From the human T2T-CHM13v2.0 reference genome, Homo sapiens: 64,000 nt of DNA. The notes below the pieces were generated by a model. It was given only the letters and a program-made list of their open reading frames with translations, made no database searches and had not been told where the DNA came from. This document shows, one piece after another, positions 26,501-38,755 of this stretch (positions are counted from its first letter, which is position 1; each line of letters starts with the position of its first letter). The stretch is taken from assembly GCF_009914755.1 (NCBI RefSeq), contig NC_060944.1. One strand, written 5' to 3'. The position numbers and the translations under genes are program-made.

Positions 26501-29500
26501 CAGTTTTGAAACACTCTTTTTGTAAAATCTGCAAGAGGATATTTGGATAGCTTTGAGGATTTCGTTTCAAACGGGAATGGCTTCATATAAACTCTAGACA
26601 GAAGCATTCTCAGAAACTTCGTTGGGATGTTTCGATTGAAGTCCCAGTGTTGAACATTCCCTTTTATAGAGCAGGTTGGAAACACTCTTTCTGCATTCCC
26701 TGGAAGTGGACATTTGGAGCGCTTTCAGGACGACGGTGAAAATGGAAATATCTTCCAAGAAAATCTAGATAGAAGCAATGTCAGAAACTTTTCTGTGATG
26801 GATCTACTCAGCTAACAGAGTTGAACCTTTCTTTTGAGAGAGCAGTTTTGCAACACTCTTTTTGTGGAATATGCAAGTGGATATTAGGGCAGCTTTGAGG
26901 ATTTCGTTGGAAACGGGAATACATGTAAAAAGCAGACAGCAGCATTCTCAGAAACTTCTTTGTGATGTTTGCATTGAAGTCACAGAGTTGAACATTCCCT
27001 TTGAGAGAGCAGGTTTGAAACACGCCTTTTGTCATATCTGGAAGTGTCCATTCGGAGCGCATTCAGGCTTGTGTTGAAAAAGGCAATATCCTCCCATAAA
27101 AACTAGACAGAAGCATTCTCAGAAACTTATCTGTGATGTATGTACTCAACTAACAGAACTAAACCATCGTTTTGAAGGAGCAGTTTTGAAACACTCTTTT
27201 TGCGGAATCTGCAAGTGGATATTTGGCTAGCTGGGAGGATTTCGTTGGAAACGGGATTACATACAAAAAGCAGACAGCAGCATTCTCAGAAACTTCTTTG
27301 TGATGTTTGCATTCAAGTCACAGAGTTGAACATTCCCTTTCATAGAGCAGGTTTGAAACACTCTTTTTGTAGTATATGGATGTGGACATTTGGATCGCTT
27401 TCAGGCCTATGGTGAAAAAGGAAATATCTTCCCATGAAAACTAGACAGAAGCATTCTCAGAAACTTATTTGTGATGTGTGCCCTCAACTGACAGTGTTGA
27501 ACCTTTGTTTTGATAGAGCAGTTCTGAAACACACTTTTTGTAAAATCTGCAAGAGGATATTTGGATAGCTTTGAGGATTTCGTTGGAAACGGGAATGTCT
27601 TCATGTAAACTCTAGACAGAAGCATTCTCAGAAACTGCTTTGGGATGTTTCAATTGAAGTCCCAGTGTTGAACATTCCCATTCATAGAGCAGGTTTGAAA
27701 CACTCTTTTTGTACTATCTGGAAGTGGACATTTGGAGCGCTTTCAGGTCTACGGTGAAAAAGGAGATATCTTCCAATAAAAACTAGATAGAAGCAATGTC
27801 AGAACTTTTTTCATGATGTATCTACTCAGCAAACAGAGTTGAACCTTTCTTTTGAGAGAGCAGTTTTGAAACACTCTTTTTGTGGAATATGCAAGTGGGT
27901 ATTAGGCCAGCTTGGAGGATTTCGTTGGAAACGGGAATACGTATAAAAAGCAGACAGCAGCATTGTCAGAAACTACTTTGTGATGTTTGCTTTCAAGTCA
28001 CAGAATTGAACACTCCCTTTCACAGAGCAGGTTTGAAACACTCTTTTTGTAGTGTCTGTAAGTGAACATTTGGATTGCTTTCAGGCCTAAGGTGAAAAAG
28101 GAAATATCTTCCCATAAAAACTAGACAGAAGCATTCTCAGAAACTTGTTTGTGATGTGTGCTCTCTACTGACAGAGTTGAACCTTTCTTTGCAAAGAGCA
28201 GTTTTGAAACACTCTTTTTGTAGAATCTGCAAGAGGATATTTGGATAGCTTTGAGGATTTCTTGGGAAACGGGAATGTCTTCAGATAAACTCTAGACAGA
28301 AGCATTCTCAGAAACTCCTTTGGGATGTTTCAATTGAAGTCAAAGTGTTGAACATTCCCTTTCACAGAGCAAGTTTGAAACACTCTTTTTGTAGTGTCTA
28401 TAAGTGAACATTTGGCGTGCTTTCAGGCCTAACGTGAAAAAGGAAATATCTTCCCATAAAAACTAGACAGAAGCATTCTCAGAAACTTGTTCGTGATGTG
28501 TGCCCTCTACTGACAGAGTTGAACCTTTCTTTGCAAAGAGCAGCTTTGAAACACACTTTTTGTAGAATCTGCAAGAGGATATTTGGATAGCTTTGAGGAT
28601 TTCGTTGGAAACGGGTATGTCTTCAGATAAACTCTAGACAGAAGCATTCTCAGAAACTTCTTTGGGATGTTGCATTCAAGTCACAGAGTAGAACATTCCC
28701 ATTCATAGAGCAGATTTGAAACACTCTTTTTGTAGTATCTGGAAGTGGACATTTGGAGCGCTTTCAGGCCTATGTTGAAAAAGGAAATATCTTCCCATAA
28801 AAACTAGACGGAAGCATTCTCAGAAACTTATTTGTGATGTGTTTGCTCAACTAACAGGATTGAACCATCGTTTTGAAGGAGCAGTTTTGAAACACTGTTT
28901 TCGTGGAATCTGCAAGTGGATATTTGGCTAGCTTTGAGGATTTCGTTGGAAACGGGATTACATATAAAAAGGAGACAGCAGCATTCTCAGAAACTTCTTT
29001 GTGATGTCTGCATTCAATTCACAGAGTGGAGCATTCCCTTTCATAGAGCAGGTTGGAAACACTCTTTTTGTAGTATCTGGATGAGGACATTTGGAGCGCT
29101 TTCAGGCGTATGGTGAATAAGGAAATATCTTCCCGTAAAAACTAGACAGAAGCATTCTCAGAAGTTTATTTGTGATGTGTGCCCTCAACTAACAGAGTTG
29201 AACCTTTCTTTTGATAGAGCAGTTTTGAAACACTCTTTTTGTAAAATCTGCAAGAGGATATTTGGATAGCTTTGAGGATTTCGTTTCAAACGGGAATGGC
29301 TTCATATAAACTCTAGACAGAAGCATTCTCAGAAACTTCGTTGGGATGTTTCGATTGAAGTCCCAGTGTTGAACATTCCCTTTTATAGAGCAGGTTGGAA
29401 ACACTCTTTCTGCATTCCCTGGAAGTGGACATTTGGAGCGCTTTCAGGACGACGGTGAAAATGGAAATATCTTCCAAGAAAATCTAGATAGAAGCAATGT

Positions 29501-32500
29501 CAGAAACTTTTCTGTGATGGATCTACTCAGCTAACAGAGTTGAACCTTTCTTTTGAGAGAGCAGTTTTGCAACACTCTTTTTGTGGAATATGCAAGTGGA
29601 TATTAGGGCAGCTTTGAGGATTTCGTTGGAAACGGGAATACATGTAAAAAGCAGACAGCAGCATTCTCAGAAACTTCTTTGTGATGTTTGCATTGAAGTC
29701 ACAGAGTTGAACATTCCCTTTGAGAGAGCAGGTTTGAAACACGCCTTTTGTCATATCTGGAAGTGTCCATTCGGAGCGCATTCAGGCTTGTGTTGAAAAA
29801 GGCAATATCCTCCCATAAAAACTAGACAGAAGCATTCTCAGAAACTTATCTGTGATGTATGTACTCAACTAACAGAACTAAACCATCGTTTTGAAGGAGC
29901 AGTTTTGAAACACTCTTTTTGCGGAATCTGCAAGTGGATATTTGGCTAGCTGGGAGGATTTCGTTGGAAACGGGATTACATACAAAAAGCAGACAGCAGC
30001 ATTCTCAGAAACTTCTTTGTGATGTTTGCATTCAAGTCACAGAGTTGAACATTCCCTTTCATAGAGCAGGTTTGAAACACTCTTTTTGTAGTATCTGGAT
30101 GTGGACATTTGGATCGCTTTCAGGCCTATGGTGAAAAAGGAAATATCTTCCCATGAAAACTAGACAGAAGCATTCTCAGAAACTTATTTGTGATGTGTGC
30201 CCTCAACTGACAGTGTTGAACCTTTGTTTTGATAGAGCAGTTCTGAAACACACTTTTTGTAAAATCTGCAAGAGGATATTTGGATAGCTTTGAGGATTTC
30301 GTTGGAAACGGGAATGTCTTCATGTAAACTCTAGACAGAAGCATTCTCAGAAACTGCTTTGGGATGTTTCAATTGAAGTCCCAGTGTTGAACATTCCCAT
30401 TCATAGAGCAGGTTTGAAACACTCTTTTTGTACTATCTGGAAGTGGACATTTGGAGCGCTTTCAGGTCTACGGTGAAAAAGGAGATATCTTCCAATAAAA
30501 ACTAGATAGAAGCAATGTCAGAACTTTTTTCATGATGTATCTACTCAGCAAACAGAGTTGAACCTTTCTTTTGAGAGAGCAGTTTTGAAACACTCTTTTT
30601 GTGGAATATGCAAGTGGGTATTAGGCCAGCTTGGAGGATTTCGTTGGAAACGGGAATACGTATAAAAAGCAGACAGCAGCATTGTCAGAAACTACTTTGT
30701 GATGTTTGCTTTCAAGTCACAGAATTGAACACTCCCTTTCACAGAGCAGGTTTGAAACACTCTTTTTGTAGTGTCTGTAAGTGAACATTTGGATTGCTTT
30801 CAGGCCTAAGGTGAAAAAGGAAATATCTTCCCATAAAAACTAGACAGAAGCATTCTCAGAAACTTGTTTGTGATGTGTGCTCTCTACTGACAGAGTTGAA
30901 CCTTTCTTTGCAAAGAGCAGTTTTGAAACACTCTTTTTGTAGAATCTGCAAGAGGATATTTGGATAGCTTTGAGGATTTCTTGGGAAACGGGAATGTCTT
31001 CAGATAAACTCTAGACAGAAGCATTCTCAGAAACTTCTTTGGGATGTTTCAATTGAAGTCACAGTGTTGAACATTCCCTTTCACAGAGCAAGTTTGAAAC
31101 ACTCTTTTTGTAGTGTCTATAAGTGAACATTTGGCGTGCTTTCAGGCCTAACGTGAAAAAGGAAATATCTTCCCATAAAAACTAGACAGAAGCATTCTCA
31201 GAAACTTGTTCGTGATGTGTGCCCTCTACTGACAGAGTTGAACCTTTCTTTGCAAAGAGCAGCTTTGAAACACACTTTTTGTAGAATCTGCAAGAGGATA
31301 TTTGGATAGCTTTGAGGATTTCGTTGGAAACGGGTATGTCTTCAGATAAACTCTAGACAGAAGCATTCTCAGAAACTTCTTTGGGATGTTGCATTCAAGT
31401 CACAGAGTAGAACATTCCCATTCATAGAGCAGATTTGAAACACTCTTTTTGTAGTATCTGGAAGTGGACATTTGGAGCGCTTTCAGGCCTATGTTGAAAA
31501 AGGAAATATCTTCCCATAAAAACTAGACGGAAGCATTCTCAGAAACTTATTTGTGATGTGTTTGCTCAACTAACAGGATTGAACCATCGTTTTGAAGGAG
31601 CAGTTTTGAAACACTGTTTTCGTGGAATCTGCAAGTGGATATTTGGCTAGCTTTGAGGATTTCGTTGGAAACGGGATTACATATAAAAAGGAGACAGCAG
31701 CATTCTCAGAAACTTCTTTGTGATGTCTGCATTCAATTCACAGAGTTGAGCATTCCCTTTCATAGAGCAGGTTGGAAACACTCTTTTTGTAGTATCTGGA
31801 TGAGGACATTTGGAGCGCTTTCAGGCGTATGGTGAAAAAGGAAATATCTTCCCGTAAAAACTAGACAGAAGCATTCTCAGAAGTTTATTTGTGATGTGTG
31901 CCCTCAACTAACAGAGTTGAACCTTTCTTTTGATAGAGCAGTTTTGAAACACTCTTTTTGTAAAATCTGCAAGAGGATATTTGGATAGCTTTGAGGATTT
32001 CGTTGCAAACGGGAATGGCTTCATATAAACTCTAGACAGAAGCATTCTCAGAAACTTCGTTGGGATGTTTCGATTGAAGTCCCAGTGTTGAACATTCCCT
32101 TTTATAGAGCAGGTTGGAAACACTCTTTCTGCATTCCCTGGAAGTGGACATTTGGAGCGCTTTCAGGACGACGGTGAAAATGGAAATATCTTCCAAGAAA
32201 ATCTAGATAGAAGCAATGTCAGAAACTTTTATGTGATGGATCTACTCAGCTAACAGAGTTGAACCTTTCTTTTGAGAGAGCAGTTTTGCAACACTCTTTT
32301 TGTGGAATATGCAAGTGGATATTAGGGCAGCTTTGAGGATTTCGTTGGAAACGGGAATACATGTAAAAAGCAGACAGCAGCATTCTCAGAAACTTCTTTG
32401 TGATGTTTGCATTGAAGTCACAGAGTTGAACATTCCCTTTGAGAGAGCAGGTTTGAAACACGCCTTTTGTCATATCTGGAAGTGTCCATTCGGAGCGCAT

Positions 32501-35500
32501 TCAGGCTTGTGTTGAAAAAGGAAATATCCTCCCATAAAAACTAGACAGAAGCATTCTCAGAAACTTATCTGTGATGTATGTACTCAACTAACAGAACTAA
32601 ACCATCGTTTTGAAGGAGCAGTTTTGAAACACTCTTTTTGCGGAATCTGCAAGTGGATATTTGACTAGCTGGGAGGATTTCGTTGGAAACGGGATTACAT
32701 ACAAAAAGCAGACAGCAGCATTCTCAGAAACTTCTTTGTGATGTTTGCATTCAAGTCACAGAGTTGAACATTCCCTTTCATAGAGCAGGTTTGAAACACT
32801 CTTTTTGTAGTATATGGATGTGGACATTTGGATCGCTTTCAGGCCTATGGTGAAAAAGGAAATATCTTCCCATGAAAACTAGACAGAAGCATTCTCAGAA
32901 ACTTATTTGTGATGTGTGCCCTCAACTGACAGTGTTGAACCTTTGTTTTGATAGAGCAGTTCTGAAACACACTTTTTGTAAAATCTGCAAGAGGATATTT
33001 GGATAGCTTTGAGGATTTCGTTGGAAACGGGAATGTCTTCATGTAAACTCTAGACAGAAGCATTCTCAGAAACTGCTTTGGGATGTTTCAATTGAAGTCC
33101 CAGTGTTGAACATTCCCATTCATAGAGCAGGTTTGAAACACTCTTTTTGTACTATCTGGAAGTGGACATTTGGAGCGCTTTCAGGTCTACGGTGAAAAAG
33201 GAGATATCTTCCAATAAAAACTAGATAGAAGCAATGTCAGAACTTTTTTCATGATGTATCTACTCAGCAAACAGAGTTGAACCTTTCTTTTGAGAGAGCA
33301 GTTTTGAAACACTCTTTTTGTGGAATATGCAAGTGGGTATTAGGCCAGCTTGGAGGATTTCGTTGGAAACGGGAATACGTATAAAAAGCAGACAGCAGCA
33401 TTGTCAGAAACTACTTTGTGATGTTTGCATTCAAGTCACAGAATTGAACACTCCCTTTCACAGAGCAGGTTTGAAACACTCTTTTTGTAGTGTCTGTAAG
33501 TGAACATTTGGATTGCTTTCAGGCCTAAGGTGAAAAAGGAAATATCTTCCCATAAAAACTAGACAGAAGCATTCTCAGAAACTTGTTTGTGATGTGTGCC
33601 CTCTACTGACAGAGTTGAAGCTTTCTTTGCAAAGAGCAGTTTTGAAACACTCTTTTTGTAGAATCTGCAAGAGGATATTTGGATAGCTTTGAGGATTTCT
33701 TGGGAAACGGGAATGTCTTCAGATAAACTCTAGACAGAAGCATTCTCAGAAACTTCTTTGGGATGTTTCAATTGAAGTCACAGTGTTGAACATTCCCTTT
33801 CACAGAGCAGGTTTGAAACACTCTTTTTGTAGTGTCTATAAGTGAACATTTGGCGTGCTTTCAGTTGTAACGTGAAAAAGGAAATATCTTCCCATAAAAA
33901 CTAGACAGAAGCATTCTCAGAAACTTGTTCTTGATGTGTGCCCTCTACTGACAGAGTTGAACCTTTCTTTGCAAAGAGCAGCTTTGAAACACTCTTTTTG
34001 TAGAATCTGCAAGAGGATATTTGGATAGCTTGGAGGATTTCGTTGGAAACGGGTATGTCTTCAGATAAACTCTAGACAGAAGCATTCTCAGAAACTTCTT
34101 TGGGATGTTGCATTCAAGTCACAGAGTAGAACATTCCCATTCATAGAGCAGATTTGAAACACTCTTTTTGTAGTATCTGGAAGTGGACATTTGGAGCGCT
34201 TTCAGGCCTATGTTGAAAAAGGAAATATCTTCCCATAAAAACTAGACGGAAGCATTCTCAGAAACTTATTTGTGATGTGTTTGCTCAACTAACAGGATTG
34301 AACCATCGTTTTGAAGGAGCAGTTTTGAAACACTGTTTTCGTGGAATCTGCAAGTGGATATTTGGCTAGCTTTGAGGATTTCGTTGGAAACGGGATTACA
34401 TATAAAAAGGAGACAGCAGCATTCTCAGAAACTTCTTTGTGATGTCTGCATTCAATTCACAGAGTTGAGCATTCCCTTTCATAGAGCAGGTTGGAAACAC
34501 TCTTTTTGTAGTATCTGGATGAGGACATTTGGAGCGCTTTCAGGCGTATGGTGAAAAAGGAAATATCTTCCCGTAAAAACTAGACAGAAGCATTCTCAGA
34601 AGTTTATTTGTGATGTGTGCCCTCAACTAACAGAGTTGAACCTTTCTTTTGATAGAGCAGTTTTGAAACACTCTTTTTGTAAAATCTGCAAGAGGATATT
34701 TGGATAGCTTTGAGGATTTCGTTTCAAACGGGAATGGCTTCATATAAACTCTAGACAGAAGCATTCTCAGAAACTTCGTTGGGATGTTTCGATTGAAGTC
34801 CCAGTGTTGAACATTCCCTTTTATAGAGCAGGTTGGAAACACTCTTTCTGCATTCCCTGGAAGTGGACATTTGGAGCGCTTTCAGGACGACGGTGAAAAT
34901 GGAAATATCTTCCAAGAAAATCTAGATAGAAGCAATGTCAGAAACTTTTATGTGATGGATCTACTCAGCTAACAGAGTTGAACCTTTCTTTTGAGAGAGC
35001 AGTTTTGCAACACTCTTTTTGTGGAATATGCAAGTGGATATTAGGCCAGCTTGGAGGATTTCGTTGGAAACGGGAATACATGTAAAAAGCAGACAGCAGC
35101 ATTCTCAGAAACTTCTTTGTGATGTTTGCATTGAAGTCACAGAGTTGAACATTCCCTTTGAGAGAGCAGGTTTGAAACACGCCTTTTGTCATATCTGGAA
35201 GTGTCCATTCGGAGCGCATTCAGGCTTGTGTTGAAAAAGGCAATATCCTCCCATAAAAACTAGACAGAAGCATTCTCAGAAACTTATCTGTGATGTATGT
35301 ACTCAACTAACAGAACTAAACCATCGTTTTGAAGGAGCAGTTTTGAAACACTCTTTTTGCGGAATCTGCAAGTGGATATTTGGCTAGCTGGGAGGATTTC
35401 GTTGGAAACGGGATTACATACAAAAAGCAGACAGCAGCATTCTCAGAAACTTCTTTGTGATGTTTGCATTCAAGTCACAGAGTTGAACATTCCCTTTCAT

Positions 35501-38500
35501 AGAGCAGGTTTGAAACACTCTTTTTGTAGTATCTGGATGTGGACATTTGGATCGCTTTCAGGCCTATGGTGAAAAAGGAAATATCTTCCCATGAAAACTA
35601 GACAGAAGCATTCTCAGAAACTTATTTGTGATGTGTGCCCTCAACTGACAGTGTTGAACCTTTGTTTTGATAGAGCAGTTCTGAAACACACTTTTTGTAA
35701 AATCTGCAAGAGGATATTTGGATAGCTTTGAGGATTTCGTTGGAAACGGGAATGTCTTCATGTAAACTCTAGACAGAAGCATTCTCAGAAACTGCTTTGG
35801 GATGTTTCAATTGAAGTCCCAGTGTTGAACATTCCCATTCATAGAGCAGGTTTGAAACACTCTTTTTGTACTATCTGGAAGTGGACATTTGGAGCGCTTT
35901 CAGGTCTACGGTGAAAAAGGAGATATCTTCCAATAAAAACTAGATAGAAGCAATGTCAGAACTTTTTTCATGATGTATCTACTCAGCAAACAGAGTTGAA
36001 CCTTTCTTTTGAGAGAGCAGTTTTGAAACACTCTTTTTGTGGAATATGCAAGTGGGTATTAGGCCAGCTTGGAGGATTTCGTTGGAAACGGGAATACGTA
36101 TAAAAAGCAGACAGCAGCATTGTCAGAAACTACTTTGTGATGTTTGCTTTCAAGTCACAGAATTGAACACTCCCTTTCACAGAGCAGGTTTGAAACACTC
36201 TTTTTGTAGTGTCTGTAAGTGAACATTTGGATTGCTTTCAGGCCTAAGGTGAAAAAGGAAATATCTTCCCATAAAAACTAGACAGAAGCATTCTCAGAAA
36301 CTTGTTTGTGATGTGTGCTCTCTACTGACAGAGTTGAACCTTTCTTTGCAAAGAGCAGTTTTGAAACACTCTTTTTGTAGAATCTGCAAGAGGATATTTG
36401 GATAGCTTTGAGGATTTCTTGGGAAACGGGAATGTCTTCAGATAAACTCTAGACAGAAGCATTCTCAGAAACTTCTTTGGGATGTTTCAATTGAAGTCAC
36501 AGTGTTGAACATTCCCTTTCACAGAGCAAGTTTGAAACACTCTTTTTGTAGTGTCTATAAGTGAACATTTGGCGTGCTTTCAGGCCTAACGTGAAAAAGG
36601 AAATATCTTCCCATAAAAACTAGACAGAAGCATTCTCAGAAACTTGTTCGTGATGTGTGCCCTCTACTGACAGAGTTGAACCTTTCTTTGCAAAGAGCAG
36701 CTTTGAAACACACTTTTTGTAGAATCTGCAAGAGGATATTTGGATAGCTTTGAGGATTTCGTTGGAAACGGGTATGTCTTCAGATAAACTCTAGACAGAA
36801 GCATTCTCAGAAACTTCTTTGGGATGTTGCATTCAAGTCACAGAGTAGAACATTCCCATTCATAGAGCAGATTTGAAACACTCTTTTTGTAGTATCTGGA
36901 AGTGGACATTTGGAGCGCTTTCAGGCCTATGTTGAAAAAGGAAATATCTTCCCATAAAAACTAGACGGAAGCATTCTCAGAAACTTATTTGTGATGTGTT
37001 TGCTCAACTAACAGGATTGAACCATCGTTTTGAAGGAGCAGTTTTGAAACACTGTTTTCGTGGAATCTGCAAGTGGATATTTGGCTAGCTTTGAGGATTT
37101 CGTTGGAAACGGGATTACATATAAAAAGGAGACAGCAGCATTCTCAGAAACTTCTTTGTGATGTCTGCATTCAATTCACAGAGTTGAGCATTCCCTTTCA
37201 TAGAGCAGGTTGGAAACACTCTTTTTGTAGTATCTGGATGAGGACATTTGGAGCGCTTTCAGGCGTATGGTGAAAAAGGAAATATCTTCCCGTAAAAACT
37301 AGACAGAAGCATTCTCAGAAGTTTATTTGTGATGTGTGCCCTCAACTAACAGAGTTGAACCTTTCTTTTGATAGAGCAGTTTTGAAACACTCTTTTTGTA
37401 AAATCTGCAAGAGGATATTTGGATAGCTTTGAGGATTTCGTTGCAAACGGGAATGGCTTCATATAAACTCTAGACAGAAGCATTCTCAGAAACTTCGTTG
37501 GGATGTTTCGATTGAAGTCCCAGTGTTGAACATTCCCTTTTATAGAGCAGGTTGGAAACACTCTTTCTGCATTCCCTGGAAGTGGACATTTGGAGCGCTT
37601 TCAGGACGACGGTGAAAATGGAAATATCTTCCAAGAAAATCTAGATAGAAGCAATGTCAGAAACTTTTCTGTGATGGATCTACTCAGCTAACAGAGTTGA
37701 ACCTTTCTTTTGAGAGAGCAGTTTTGCAACACTCTTTTTGTGGAATATGCAAGTGGATATTAGGGCAGCTTTGAGGATTTCGTTGGAAACGGGAATACAT
37801 GTAAAAAGCAGACAGCAGCATTCTCAGAAACTTCTTTGTGATGTTTGCATTGAAGTCACAGAGTTGAACATTCCCTTTGAGAGAGCAGGTTTGAAACACG
37901 CCTTTTGTCATATCTGGAAGTGTCCATTCGGAGCGCATTCAGGCTTGTGTTGAAAAAGGAAATATCCTCCCATAAAAACTAGACAGAAGCATTCTCAGAA
38001 ACTTATCTGTGATGTATGTACTCAACTAACAGAACTAAACCATCGTTTTGAAGGAGCAGTTTTGAAACACTCTTTTTGCGGAATCTGCAAGTGGATATTT
38101 GGCTAGCTGGGAGGATTTCGTTGGAAACGGGATTACATACAAAAAGCAGACAGCAGCATTCTCAGAAACTTCTTTGTGATGTTTGCATTCAAGTCACAGA
38201 GTTGAACATTCCCTTTCATAGAGCAGGTTTGAAACACTCTTTTTGTAGTATCTGGATGTGGACATTTGGATCGCTTTCAGGCCTATGGTGAAAAAGGAAA
38301 TATCTTCCCATGAAAACTAGACAGAAGCATTCTCAGAAACTTATTTGTGATGTGTGCCCTCAACTGACAGTGTTGAACCTTTGTTTTGATAGAGCAGTTC
38401 TGAAACACACTTTTTGTAAAATCTGCAAGAGGATATTTGGATAGCTTTGAGGATTTCGTTGGAAACGGGAATGTCTTCATGTAAACTCTAGACAGAAGCA

Positions 38501-38755
38501 TTCTCAGAAACTGCTTTGGGATGTTTCAATTGAAGTCCCAGTGTTGAACATTCCCATTCATAGAGCAGGTTTGAAACACTCTTTTTGTACTATCTGGAAG
38601 TGGACATTTGGAGCGCTTTCAGGTCTACGGTGAAAAAGGAGATATCTTCCAATAAAAACTAGATAGAAGCAATGTCAGAACTTTTTTCATGATGTATCTA
38701 CTCAGCAAACAGAGTTGAACCTTTCTTTTGAGAGAGCAGTTTTGAAACACTCTTT
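11566..38755 (+). repeat. Ten consecutive canonical 16-mer HORs U5-U14 (2719 bp each)
   Basis: Anchor ORF starts are spaced exactly 2719 bp apart from 11566 to 38756. Confidence 0.97.
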
